Shown here piece by piece: positions 50,436 to 63,877 of a stretch of DNA of 64,000 nucleotides. This stretch comes from Eledone cirrhosa (Eukaryota). Position numbers and translations under genes: made by a program. Each line of letters starts with the position of its first letter. Within the stretch, counting starts at the first letter, position 1. The notes beneath the pieces were generated by a model that was not told the DNA's origin, did no database searches, and saw only the letters and a program-made list of their open reading frames with translations. The DNA lies in the NCBI GenBank assembly GCA_964016885.1, contig OZ024742.1, forward strand, positions 1,674,001 through 1,738,000, given 5' to 3'.

Positions 50436-52230
50436 TCCTCTCGTTGCAAAACATGCTTGAATTTTCTATCCTCTGCTTCCCTCCTAGCTAAGTATACTTG
50501 TCGCCTAGCTTCCCTCTTGGTCTCTATGTAATGTACCCTGCTCCCTCCGTTCTTCCATTCTTTCCATGCCTGTCTCTTGGCCTTAACTGCCTCATCTACC
50601 TTATTGTTCCACCACCAAGTCACTCTCCTCCTGCTTGTGGTCTTACTCCAGCCACAGACCTCATCCGTCGCCTCTAGTAAGTTATTTTTTAGGAACTCCC
50701 AGTGCTCTTCTACATTGAATGTCTCTATCTGTTCTTCTCTACTGTCGTAGGCGTTGAGTAAAATATCTTTAAATCTGTTACTGGCTGAGGGGTCTTTCAG
50801 CTTCCAGATCTTTCTTCTCCAGGTTGGCCTCTGTTTCCAGGTTCGTCTAGTTCTGACCGTGAGGTCGCTGACAACTAAGCTATGTTGGGATGTACATTCC
50901 TCACTAGGGAAGGTTTTTGTGTTTACGACCGTCCATCTGTCACGTCCTCTGATGAGGATAAAATCTATCTGACTAGAATGCTCCCCTGATCTATAGGTGA
51001 TCAGGTGGTTGTTGGGTTTTTTGAAGTTTGTGTTACATATCGACATGTCATTGGCATCGCAGAATTCTAGAAGTCTGAATCCTTCTTCATTTCTTGTGCC
51101 AACCCCATGGCCTCCATGGACTCTATTGAAGCCGTCACAGTGTTTACCTACCTGTCCGTTAAAATCTCCTGCGGTGATTAGTAAGTCATTGTCGTTTGTT
51201 AGAGCAGTAGTGTACATTAGGGACTCGTAAAACCTATCCTTAAGTTTGTCTGGCAACCCCGATTGGGGTGCGTAAGCTGATATTATTGTGGTAATTGCTT
51301 TATTCAGGACTAGTCTGAGTTTAATGATTCTTGCATTTACCCTGTACACTGAGATTACTTTATCTACCCACTTGTCAGCTAGTAGTATACCTACACCACC
51401 CATCCCATCGTCATTTCCCACCCAGAAAAATTTGTAGCACTGACTTTTTCCTACAAGGACTCTAGCAGACTCTCCTCTCCATCTAGTCTCTTGCACACAG
51501 CATACATCAATTTCCTTTCGCTCTAGCATTTCTACGATTTCTGCTGCTCTTCCTTTCATTGTGCTTACATTGATGGTACCAACTCGGAGTTTTGGGCATT
51601 TGTCGACACTCGTAGGGAAGGGTCGATTTTTGCAGGGGTGTGTGTGTGCTTCATCTCTCTGGATTGGGGCTTCACATGGGCGCTTGGTAGCTCGCGGATT
51701 CATATTCATTTCATCTATTAATTCAGAGTTACTCAAATTTATTCTCAGCTCATCCATACATAACGGTAGGAACATTCAGGGCTAGAAGAACAGTGGTGGT
51801 GGAATAATGGCAGGGTGTGTTGGGCTGGGACGGGTGAGGAGAGAGTTAGGTAGTAGTAGTAGTAGAAGAAATGGCATGCTGAGATTTGATTGGTCGAATA
51901 GGCTATGGTGGTGTGAGGGAAATTGTGAGGTAGGCACTGAGGGTCGCCATCAAGGCTAACAAACTAACCGATAGAATACAGCCTGGCAAAGTAGCCAATA
52001 GAATACAGCAACAATAATAGCCAGTCATGGCCTGTAGCCTTTGATGGAAAAATAGACAGATTGAGAGTCAGCATAGTAGGGGAAAATGAGGATAACAAAA
52101 TAAATGTGTTGTGGTAGCTGAAATACCTGACAAGATTTGTATGGATGGCTGGAACGTAGCTAAATCAACTCTAGTGATTCATTTTAGCCTTTCAGAGTAG
52201 AGTGTGTCTTATCTCTTAAATAACTTCAAG
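50436..52230 (-). mobile_element. RTE-B 5' half (5' UTR + APE domain), 3'-truncated at a (TA)n
   Basis: ORF 50408-51775 is highly similar to the N-terminal ~410 aa of 15913-19032. Confidence 0.92.
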
Positions 52231-52372
52231 ATGAGTGAGGAGGAATGGGTGAAGAGGGAACGGAAGGTAATAGGTGGCTTAGAGATGGATAGATAGAGAG
52301 ATAGAAAGAGGGTAGCCATCATAGAGAAAGGGTCGCCGTCAAGTGATAAATATATATATACCAACCATAGGT

Positions 52373-52449
<77 letters not shown>

Positions 52450-52453
52450 ACCA

Positions 52454-52960
52454 TAAAGGTGGATGGTGGAGGTGTGTGAGTGAGAGTGTATTTATTACCA
52501 AGTGAGCAGACTTGGTAATAAATACACTCTCTCACTCACCTCCACCATCCACCTTTACTCAGTAAAATCAAAGATTATCTCTAAAATTAAAAGTTTTATC
52601 TAGGAGTTGATTGACATATCTTATTTAGTTCCCTTGTTACCATAACAACCGCCACCACCATTATTACCATCGCTATGTCGATGGTATCAGAGCCTTGGGA
52701 CATGGCCCAAGGCTCTGATACCATCAACACTATAAACACAGAGCTGGCATATCTAAGAACTGAATAACTGCCTGATGAGGTCATAGCCATTCAATGGCTA
52801 TCATCGAAATATATATAGCAGTAAATAAAGGATTATGAGTTCATGCAATTGACTTATGTTTCGTCACTATTATAACTCCGGAACTTATATCTTCGTTGAG
52901 TGCTCCCTATCCGCATACTGAAGTACTGGATTTTACTAACACTTACTTTCTTGCTTACAT
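52454..52960 (+). mobile_element. Non-coding pLTR-like element with two hairpins and a hammerhead, flanked by (TA)n
   Basis: Hairpins at 52454-52557 and 52680-52725; hammerhead at 52767-52822; AATAAA at 52824. Confidence 0.6.
52767..52822 (+). ncRNA. Minimal type I hammerhead ribozyme
   Basis: actgc CTGATGA ggtc atagccat tca atggctat catc GAAAT atat ATA gcagt; stem I actgc/gcagt. Confidence 0.85.
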
Positions 52961-52969
52961 ATATATCTA

Positions 52970-53036
<67 letters not shown>

Positions 53037-53043
<7 letters not shown>

Positions 53044-54299
53044 CTGATGACCTCGCACTCATAGCTGAATCTATGGTAGGACTAGAGAATAAATTCCAAA
53101 CTTGGAAGCAGGGACTAGAAAGAAAGGGTCTCAAAGTCAACATGACAAAGACTAAGGTCCTTGTAAGTAGACGAGAAAACAGAACCCAGATCCCCTCAGG
53201 GAAATGGCCTTGCTCAGTATGTTGGAAAGGTGTAGGTAGGAACTCCATTCTCTGCCCCAAATGCAAACAATGGGTACACAAGAGATGTAGCGGGATCTCA
53301 GGAAGCTTAATTAAGAATGTAGGATTCACATGCAGCAGCTGTGCTGAGACAGCAAGCAGCAAACAGCCACAGGAAACAAGTACCACCAATCTCTGGGAGG
53401 GCCCTGTAGAAACAGTAGACAGCTTCTGCTACCTAGGTGACCGAATTAGCAGCGGAGGTGGGTGTTCAGAAAGTACAATAACTAGGGTAAGAACGGGATG
53501 GAAGAAGTTTAGGGAACTACTACCACTGCTAGCTGCAAAAGGCTTCTCCCTCAGAATGAAAGGCAGACTGTATGATGCGTGTATCCGAACAGCGATGTTG
53601 CATGGTAGTGAGACCTGGGCGCTGAAGGTGGAAGACTTACGGAGATTAGAGAGAAACGAAGCCTGCATGCTCCGATGGATGTGTAACAGTAATATACGTG
53701 AAGGACAAAGCATAAATGAATTGAGAGAGAGACTGAGCATAAGAGGAATCAAATGCTGCGTGCAGGAGAGGCGGTTACGCTGGTATGGACATGTGATGCG
53801 TATGAAGGATGACAGCTGCATAAAAAGGTGCAGAGCACTAGAAGTTGATGGAAACCCGGAGTGGGGAGACCCAAGATGACTTGGGATGAGGTGATAAAAG
53901 CCGACCTTACCCAATTACACCTCTCAAAGGCAATGACACACGACCGTGACCTCTGGCGTCACGCAGTGATACAGAGTACCCGACCCCCCCATGGGTACAA
54001 GCTGAAGCATATAGACAATATGCCCCACACCCTCCACCCCAAGGTGGTCGTGGAGGTGCCACGGCCAAAAAGCACCCAGCCCACACTGTAAAGTGGACGT
54101 GTAGGCGCCACGAAAAAGCACCCAGCACTCACTGTAAATGAGGTTGGTGTTAGGAAGGGCATCCAGCTATAGAAATCAAGCCAAATCAGTTCCTGTATGA
54201 GCAAGGCATGTTCAGCCGACAGGACACTGCCCACAACAGGACAACCCGTCTAACCCATGCTAGCGTGGAAGAACGGATGTAAAACGGTGATGATGATGA

Positions 54300-54303
<4 letters not shown>
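53037..54303 (+). mobile_element. 5'-truncated RTE-B (from YADD to the 3' tail)
   Basis: ORF 52896-53879 matches the C-terminus of the 1039-aa ORF; frameshift ~53858; (GAT)n tail. Confidence 0.93.
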
Positions 54304-54340
<37 letters not shown>

Positions 54341-54351
54341 CATATATATTT

Positions 54352-54556
<205 letters not shown>

Positions 54557-54585
54557 TATATACATACATATATATATAGATATAT

Positions 54586-54909
54586 ATGGCTTAGTGGTTA
54601 GAGCATTGGCCTTGCAATCGAAAGGTTGTGAGTTCAATTCTCAGACCGGGTGATGTGTTGTTTCCTTGAGCAAGACACTTTATTTCACATTGCTCCAGTT
54701 TACTCAGCTGTAGAAATGAGATGATGAGACTGGGGTCCCTATCATTCCACTGCAAAGTGGACGTGGAGGTGCCACGGCAAAAAGCACCCAGCACTCACTG
54801 CAAATGAGGTTGGCGTTAGGAAGGGCATCCAGCTGTAGAATCAAGCCAGAATCAGTTCCCGTACCACCTTGCAAGCAGGGAAAAGCGGATGTAAAATGAT
54901 GATGGTGAT
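54586..54909 (+). mobile_element. tRNA-derived CORE-type SINE with an RTE-derived 3' tail
   Basis: A box TGGCTTAGTGG (54587), B box GAGTTCAATTC (54630), CORE-like ccttgagcaagacactt...cagtttactcagctgtagaaatg; tail matches RTE 3' UTRs. Confidence 0.88.
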
Positions 54910-55027
54910 ATATATATATATATATCACCATCATCATATATATCTATCTATCTATCTATCTATATATACATATATATATATATTATGAAAATAAACCAAA
55001 GAAGCCTTCAATACATCAAAAGTCTTT

Positions 55028-55072
55028 ATTAGCCAACAATGTTTCGTCCTATTAAGGACTCATCAGGGCAAT
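55028..55072 (-). ncRNA. Minimal type I hammerhead ribozyme
   Basis: Reverse complement attgcc CTGATGA gtcct taat aggac GAAAC att GTT ggctaat, then aataaa. Confidence 0.8.
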
Positions 55073-55374
55073 TAAAGCTATAAGAAGAACTATCGGCCAA
55101 TACAAGCCAAAAACTCAGAAGAATATGGAGTGTACATACATTAAAGCATAGGAAAATTATCGGGTAAAAATTATCAAGTAAAAATTGCTAAGGAAGTGAA
55201 TAACATTTTGAACCATATTACAAATATAGTACAATGCAAAAACTAAAGCTAAACAAAGGTGGTGATATAGAGCGGGAATTATTGTACTATATATAATATA
55301 ATATAATATAATATAAAATAATATAATTGATAATGACAATAATAATAATAATATTAAAAGGCCCAATATACATA

Positions 55375-55406
<32 letters not shown>

Positions 55407-55530
55407 CATATGTACACATATATACATATATATCAATACACATTTCCATCAATACAAGCACAAACTAACCCTTATTAAGAGTTTAAATAAGAATAATAAG
55501 AATAATAAGAATAATAAGAATAAAAAGAAT

Positions 55531-55566
<36 letters not shown>

Positions 55567-56771
55567 AAATGAAAATAAAAATATAATACATATATTATTT
55601 ACAGTATAAAATGAAGAAGAAATGATTAAAAGTAAACATATAATATATAATAATAAACTATATAATTATATAATAGATAATCTCCGATTAATTTGCACAA
55701 ACAATATAAATGTTACAATAACACTATAATAACAATATTATAATATAATGGCATATAACTTAACAAATCATATAGAGTTACAGACCGGGTGAGAAAAAAT
55801 ATTGTACAGAACTAAATTATGTTGGAAAAATATCAAAACCATTGCAAAAAAACAGATGGAGGTCACATTTCTCTACAATTGGTGTAAATAAATATTATCC
55901 AAACATTACAAAAATTATAAAAATATAAACATATTACAGAATTTACAAAATTTAACATAACATAATGGTACATTTAATAATCGGTAAATAATAAAGATCA
56001 GTAGTATGTTTACAAAGAGTGGAATGATATAAAAATTTCGATATAAAATATAAAATATTGAACATAGTATAATATACATAATTTTTTCTCACCCGGTCTG
56101 TAACTCTATATGATTTGTTAAGTTATATGCCATTACATTATAATATTGTTATTATAGTGTTATTGTATCATTTATATTGTTTGTGCAAATTAACCGGAGA
56201 TTATCTATTATATAATTATATAGTTTATTATTATATATTATATGTTTACTTTTAATCATTTCTTCTTCATTTTATACTGTAAATAATATATGTATTATAT
56301 TTTTATTTTCATTTTTATTTTTTATTTTTTATTTTTATTTTTTTTATTCTTATTATTCTTATTATTCTTATTTATATTTAAACTCTTAATAAGGGTTAGT
56401 TTGTGCTTGTATTGATGGAAATGTGTATTGATATATATGTATATATGTGTACATATGTATATATATATATATGTATATTGGGCCTTTTAATATTATTATT
56501 ATTATTGTCATTATCAATTATATTATTTTATATTATATTATATTATATTATATATAGTACAATAATTCCCGCTCTATATCACCACCTTTGTTTAGCTTTA
56601 GTTTTTGCATTGTACTATATTTGTGATATGGTTCAAAATGTTATTCACTTCCTTAGCAATTTTTACTTGATAATTTTTACCCGATAATTTTCCTATGATT
56701 TAATCTATGTACACTCCATATTCTTCTGAGTTTTTGGCTTGTATTGGCCGATAGTGCTTCTTATAGCTTTA

Positions 56772-56816
56772 ATTGCCCTGATGAGTCCTTAATAGGCCGA
56801 AACATTGTTGGCTAAT
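56772..56816 (+). ncRNA. Minimal type I hammerhead ribozyme (stem II mismatch variant)
   Basis: attgcc CTGATGA gtcct taat aggcc GAAAC att GTT ggctaat. Confidence 0.72.
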
Positions 56817-57057
56817 AAAGACTTTTGATGTATTGAAGGCTTCTTTGGTTTATTTTCATAATTCTTCGGCTCTGTTTAATTACATTGAGCTATACCTTTA
56901 CTGTCATTTCTATAATACGAAGAGGGTGTTTAACTCCAACACACTCTAGTATTTTAATTCATATATATATATATATATATATACATATATATATACGGGC
57001 CTGTCCTGCGTTTCCTTCATTTTACCATCGTCTTTGCCTATTTTTAGAATTAACTCT

Positions 57058-57334
57058 ACACACACATACACCAACACACACACCACCACACACCAACACA
57101 CACACACAAACACACACAAACACACACACCAACACACACACCACCACACACCAACACACACACCACCACACACCAACACACACACCAACACACACACACA
57201 CACACCCCATCACACACCACCACACCAACACACACACCACCACACACCAACACACACACCAACACACATCACCACACCAACACACACACGAACACACACA
57301 CCCCATCACACACCACCACACCAACACACACACA
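57058..57334. repeat. (CA)n/CCA low-complexity repeat
   Basis: Direct inspection. Confidence 0.9.
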
Positions 57335-57649
57335 TAAGGGTGGGTGAAGATAACAGAAAAATGACCAAAGCAGAGGACAGTTCCTTCTGATCAGTTGACC
57401 CCCCATGTTACTTTCCATTGACATCTATCACTCTCACTCTAACCTATTTTTCTTGCTAACCATAATTCCCTCCTCCCCTATCTTTATTGCTATCCCCTGA
57501 CACTACTCCCACTGTTTCAATCTCCTTACCAACAACCATCATGTAGCTATAACTGTCCCTCTTCCTTTACTCTCTAAAATACTATCCTCTTCATTCTATT
57601 ATTCTGCTTTGTCCCATCACTCTCATTATTTTACTCTCTCTACTTTCTG

Positions 57650-58290
57650 TGAAGGTGCATGACCTAATGATTAGGGTGTTGGGTTGATTCCTGGACCAGG
57701 GGACCCATTGTGTTCTTGAGCAAGATGCTTAATTTTATGTTACTTTTCATGATAGGATTGTGGTCCCTATCATTAAAACATCCAAGAAACATTCCCTGAG
57801 GTGGAACCTCATAGGAAACCAGCTAAACCTGCATAGGTGTGAGCTGTAACTTAACAGAACTGGGGCCCCTATTATGAAAACACCCAGAAAACTTTGAGAT
57901 GCAACCTTACAGGAGGTCAGCTAAACCTACAGAGGTGTGAACTGTGAATTGAAAGAGACACCATAGAGCAGAAATTACACTTTGTTCTTGTAGAAGACAT
58001 AACTTGGTGCCATAAGAAAATACATCCTGTACATTCTGTAAAGTGGTTGATGAATGAACAGCAGCTTTGTAGGGTAGCAAGGATCTATAGATTCATTAAG
58101 GACATGACAACATCTCTAGTGTTGATGCCATCATAAAATGTACCCAGTACACTCTGTAAAGTGGTTGCTGTTAAGAAAGGTATCCAACCATAAAGGATGT
58201 CGGAATGTGACACATTTAAGAAATGATTTGGACCGTGTTGACCTGTCCAACTCCTTCCAGTGTAGCAAGTGTATGTAAAATGGTAATGAT
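57650..58290 (+). mobile_element. Old, diverged SINE/RTE-tail remnants
   Basis: gtgttcttgagcaagatgctt (CORE-like); ctgtaaagtggttgctgttaagaaaggtatccaacc and gtaaaatggtaatgat (RTE 3' UTR-like). Confidence 0.5.
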
Positions 58291-58671
58291 TACATATAGT
58301 ATATACACCCTAGTAATATATGTATGTATATAAATATGGCAATCAACCATGTGTCCCTCACTGACTGCAAACATTATTATATTTTCCTGCCACAAAATGA
58401 AATTATTTACCCAGTATTTCCAGCAAATATTTGAGGAATGTTTTCATATTTATAAAACCCTTTTCTCTGTTCTTTATAAAAATGTAAGAAATATCTGTGG
58501 AATATTTTCTAAAATATTCCACACTTCTGAAGCCATTGTCTGTCCTATAACAAACTGAATGGTGATCTTTTAAGACAAAATAAGATTTCTCCTGCTTTTT
58601 GTTTGTTTTAAGGGACCTCTTATATATACATACATACATACATACATGCATATATACATATATATATATAT

Positions 58672-58720
<49 letters not shown>

Positions 58721-58733
58721 CACATGTATGTAC

Positions 58734-58793
<60 letters not shown>

Positions 58794-58794
58794 G

Positions 58795-58868
<74 letters not shown>

Positions 58869-59347
58869 AGATGATGGTGTTGGTTTGGTTAAAAAAAAAA
58901 GAATATAATTAAAGAAACATGAATGTGTGATTTGAGTTTTTCATTCTTGTAAAAGGGCCAGAACATGTACCATAGAGCATTTCGTCTGATGCTCTACGGA
59001 TTCTGCCAACCCATTAGTAAATATTACAATGAATGCAGTGTTCTGAGATATTTCTTGTTTATTTCAAATAGGATAGATGGACTTGACTGTTGGGTTACTC
59101 TGGGTTGACCCCGAGGTGCTCAAGCACAAGAGTCACCGCTGATACACACACACACACACACTCACACAATATATGGTAATTAGCCATCAAAATATTCTTT
59201 AAGTTCCATGAGACTTTTTGGTTAGAAATCAAATTCCCCTTCTGCAGTTTACCTGCCTGTTCCATGCCACCTCATCTTTGTCTTATATATGTGTTGTACG
59301 TAAACACATGAACACATTTTTATTTATATATATTACATGAATAAATA

Positions 59348-59676
59348 AGGCATGTGGCTTAGTGGTTAGAGTATTGGGCTTACAATCGGGAGGTTGTGAG
59401 TTTGATTCTCAGGCTGGGTGATGTGTTGTGTCCTTGAGCAAGACACTTTATTTCACATTGCTCCAGTTTACTCAGCTGTAGAAATGAGATGTGACGTCAC
59501 TGGTACCAAGTTGTGTCGGCCTTTGCCTTCCATTGGACAACATCAGTAGCGTAAAGAGGGGAGACTGATATGTATGGGCGACTGCTAGTCTTCCACAAAC
59601 AACCTTGCCCAGACTTGTGCCTCAGAGGGGAACTTTCTAGCTGCAAATCCATGACCAAAGGGGGTCTTTACCGTTT
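59348..59676 (+). mobile_element. tRNA-derived CORE-type SINE with an alternative 3' tail
   Basis: Head and CORE segment match 54586-54723; sequence diverges after agaaatgagatg. Confidence 0.85.
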
Positions 59677-60420
59677 GTCATTAGATATAAATGATAAACA
59701 CAGAGATACAAAAACAATCAGTATTATTTGGTTCATATTTTGGATGAGAGAAAAAACAAATTCAACATATTGGACATTAGTCCTCCATCAAGAGAATACA
59801 CACAATAGTATATTAAAAAAAGGGAGACGTGTGTATGTATGTGTGTGTTGTTTTTAATTAATATATATATATCAAACAACTAATTCCTTGTAGATACATT
59901 TTTATTTTGTTTTTTTGGCTAAAGCTCTCACTGATGTATATTCCTTAATCTTCTTGGATGTGTAGATCTCAAGGAATCGAAGCCATGCAATGCTTCGTCC
60001 CATTTGATGCGACACACAAGGTCCACTATTCAGGTTATTAAGGATAAAAGTGAGTAGTTGGCTGGAAGTTGTGCAGTGCTGCACATCACAGAAGTCCATT
60101 ATTGCAGAAGTGTGTCTGTCTGTTTGTGTGTTCTGCATGTACACACACTGGTACATACACACATACATATACACATATACATAGACACACTCAGATCTAT
60201 ATTATTTCATTGTTCATCAGAACTGAGTTTAGACCCACTCTCTCTGTCTCTCTACCACACACAGACACTCATGTGCAATAGTCTGTTAAATTATTGTATA
60301 TTTATAAGTTAAAAACTTCAGACCAAATTTGGACATAGTGTCATCCTGCTTGGTCTAATGTAGATTCTATATATAGACTCTGTATTATGTTAGACTATGT
60401 TTAGTGTAAAGTTGGATCAA

Positions 60421-60707
60421 TTGTACCAAATCCAGTCCAGTCTGGTCTAACCTAAGACTACTTTATATTATGTTAGACCAAGTTGTACCAAATCCAGTCC
60501 AGTCTGGTCTAACCTAAGACTACTTTATATTATGTTAGACCAAGTTGTACCAAATCCAGTCCAGCCTGGTCTAACTTAAGACTACTTTATATTATGTTAG
60601 ACCAAGTTGTACCAAATCCAGTCCAGCCTGGTCTAACCTAAGACTACTTTATATTATGTTAGACCAAGTTGTACCAAATCCAGTCCAGCCTGGTCTAACT
60701 TAAGACT
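60421..60707. repeat. 62-bp minisatellite, ~4.6 copies
   Basis: ttgtaccaaatcc starts at 60421, 60483, 60545, 60607, 60669. Confidence 0.92.
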
Positions 60708-61649
60708 CTACTCTCTACTATGTTAGTTCTAAGTTAGACTGTGTTATATTTTCCTGCTAGTTTATTTTTTTTAAAATCTTGTCCATACATGGCATCACAC
60801 ACACATACCACATCTCTCTCTCACACACTCACACATACCTGGGTGGGAAGCCACACACACACAGATGGTAGGAAAGCTCTAGTTAAGTTTTTCTATATAA
60901 CAATAGTAATCATTTCTTGATTAGTCATTCAATACAATCAACAGGTACAATAGGGATTTATTTACCTATAAATGTGTAAAGAAAGAAACGGGTAACAAAC
61001 AACAACAAGCAACAAATTAACAAGATAGATGAAACACACTTCTGTTATAAATTGGACTTCTGATGATGGGAAGAAGAGATAAACCACACACCAAGATTGT
61101 TATGAACCACAAGACGGCAAAAGATATCTGTTGCAATAAAGATTGCATGTCATTATATTTTCACTGTTAGATATCAACTTGGCATTGCTTGGCATGCTTT
61201 GTCTCATTTTTATCTATTATTTCATTACTGTTCATTTGTTTTCTATATACACCTTCCTCCTCCTCTTCTTCTTCTTCTTCTTCTTCTTGCTTTTCATATT
61301 CTTGAAGTGAAATGAACTGACAAAAAAAAAGAATCAAATATTTTTGCAGCTTTTTTCAGGAATGAGCTTTTTAAAACTTATGATAATAATAATTATTATT
61401 ATTATTATTGTTAGTGTTTTTCTTTTCTATTCTTTATCTATTGTTTGGCCATTTTTCTGGAATTGAACTTGATTCCAGGAGAAAATCTGTTATTCCCCAC
61501 CCCCACCGAAACCTTTACCAAAGACTTCAACACATTTATTTACTAAAAAAAACAAAAAAAAACATTGATATTGATTTTTATAAAGATTTTCAGTCAACAT
61601 TTTTGGACATCACTGATTAAAGATTTTTTAAAAAACTAGAAATATGTAT

Positions 61650-61689
<40 letters not shown>

Positions 61690-62247
61690 ACACACAGACA
61701 CACACACAGACACACACACACACGTGTGTGTATGTATGTGTGAATAACAAGAATCCACTCTCAGTTAAGGGATTCATAATACAAATTAGAAATACAAGAG
61801 TGAAAACTAATGTTGAGTAAAAGAAGAAAAACAAATCTAAAATCAAGTTTAAACTTTTACCTTATATTTTCTGATATTTTGGAATTAGGATTCCTTTTTC
61901 AAAACAAAGAAAGTATTGGGCTGATCCCATTTCATTTTTTATTTTGTTTGAGAAAGGTGTCCAAAGTTTGAAATATCCTCAAACATAAAAGTGTAAACTT
62001 GATTTTTAATTTGTTTTCTTATTTTCTAAATATTCCTCTTTGTAATTTCTATTTGATTGGCTTTCCCCAAACAATCATACCCACACCACGATGCTTGAAA
62101 TAAGCTACTCTAATATATAAATATATATAGGTATATACATGTATATGTAATGCTTCATATAAGCTACACCGATGTGTGTATATGTATATATATGTATTCA
62201 ATGCTTTATATAAGCTACACTGGTGTGTATATATATGTGTATATATA

Positions 62248-62814
62248 TGAGCATAAGAGGAATCAAATGCTGTGTGCAGGAGAGGCGGTTGCGCTGGTAT
62301 GGACATGTGATGTGTATGAAGGATGACAGCTGCATAAAAAGGTGCAGAGCACTAGAAGTCGATGGAAACTGCAGAGTGGGGAGACCCAAGATGACCTGGG
62401 ATGAGGTGATAAAAGCCGACCTTACCCAATTACACCTCTCAAAGGCAATGACACACGACCGTGACCTCTGGCGTCACGCAGTAATACAGAGTACCCGACC
62501 TCCCATGGGTACAAGCTGAAGCATATAGACAATATGCCCCCACACCCCCCACCGCAAGGTGGTCGTGGAGGTGCCACGGCAAAAAAGCACCCAGCCCACA
62601 CTGTAAAGTGGACGTGTAGACGCCACGAAAAAGCACCCAGCACTCACTGTAAATGAGGTTGGTGTTAGCAAGGGCATCCAGCTGTAGAAATCAAACCAAA
62701 TCAGTTCCTGTATGAGCAAGGCATGGTCAGCCGACCAGACACTGCCCACACCAGGACAACCCGTCTAACCCATGCTAGCGTGGAAGAACGGACGTAAAAT
62801 GGTGATGATGATGA
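62248..62814 (+). mobile_element. Short 5'-truncated RTE-B 3' end
   Basis: SIRGIKCCVQERRLRWYGHV...GRPKMTW; 3' UTR and (GAT)n tail. Confidence 0.92.
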
Positions 62815-63819
62815 TATATATACATATATATATATGAAATGCTTTATATAAGCTAAACTAATGTATATATATGTTGAACCCATTTAAAATGGCGGTATCT
62901 GGCCACAATTCTCTCACCTCTTTCTGTTCAAACTGGCTGTAACCAGCCACTCGTATATTCGATATTATATGAGATAATTATGTGAGGAAAAGCCTTTACC
63001 ATGGAAATATAATAATAAATATAAATGTAAATGCTAAAGGTTAAATATGTATACAGACATTAAGGAGGTGAATATGATATAATAAATTTAGTTCAGTTTG
63101 GTTTGTGTTTATATTTCAAACTAACAATAGTCTAAATATTTTTCACCTGAAATAGAACTTCTAGAAATTATTGTTGATTTTTGTGAAAGTGATATTTTAT
63201 TTACATATTTATACATATTTATATATATTTTTATATATTTTGTATATGCATGTGTGTGTGTGTGTGTGAGATATTATTTGTGTGGGTGAAATTTATTGTT
63301 TTTTTTATTGTTGTTTTTAGGATTTTGTTTTGTGTACGATCTCATTAGTGTAACGAAGAAGAATGGTTAATTAGTAGTGTGGAGAATCTTTGTAGTTAGC
63401 TGTAAAATTACAGCTGTTTCACATATTACATATTTCACATTTCAGAGGAAGATTTTTAACTTATTTCATTCACATAACACTCACACTGGCTGGCACTCAT
63501 CTAATCTATTTGAAATCTTGTTTTGGATATTATTAAATAGAATTCATATATATATATATATATACACACATGTATATATATATATGTAGATGTTCAACCT
63601 AATGAAGATATATATACATATATATATATATGTGTGTGTGTGTGAATTTATAATAAAAGGCTTCCATTGTGTGCACTTTGCTCCACATCAGTATTGAGTA
63701 CTTTTTTTTACATCATAAACACACACACACACACCTGAGTGGGTACAAATGAAACAGTAATCAACACAATGTAGAAGTTGAGAATATTTACATCACCGTT
63801 TGACTTATGTGTGTATATA

Positions 63820-63877
<58 letters not shown>

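Larger units (their letters stand above)
54982..56960. mobile_element. Non-coding PLE-like 3' UTR with an inverted copy: ~0.8 kb arms (54982-55800 / 56081-56862) and a ~280-bp spacer
   Basis: Mirrored ORFs 55157-55417 and 56403-56687; a hammerhead near each outer end. Confidence 0.8.

Noticed and set aside
52682-52694. TGGTATCAGAGCC, identical to the plant tRNA-iMet primer-binding site
   Set aside because: No LTR or gag/pol nearby, it is part of a hairpin arm, and the animal iMet PBS differs; probably coincidental
54587-54645. tRNA gene
   Set aside because: A and B boxes are present but no proper cloverleaf is evident, and it continues into CORE and LINE-derived sequence, so it is a SINE head
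58970-59012. ctgatg and tttcg motifs in a small hairpin suggesting a hammerhead
   Set aside because: The two half-motifs are on opposite strands and the core is incomplete; more likely an old SINE head fragment
62886-62895. AAAATGGCGG YY1-like promoter motif
   Set aside because: A single short motif next to a LINE tail with no supporting gene structure
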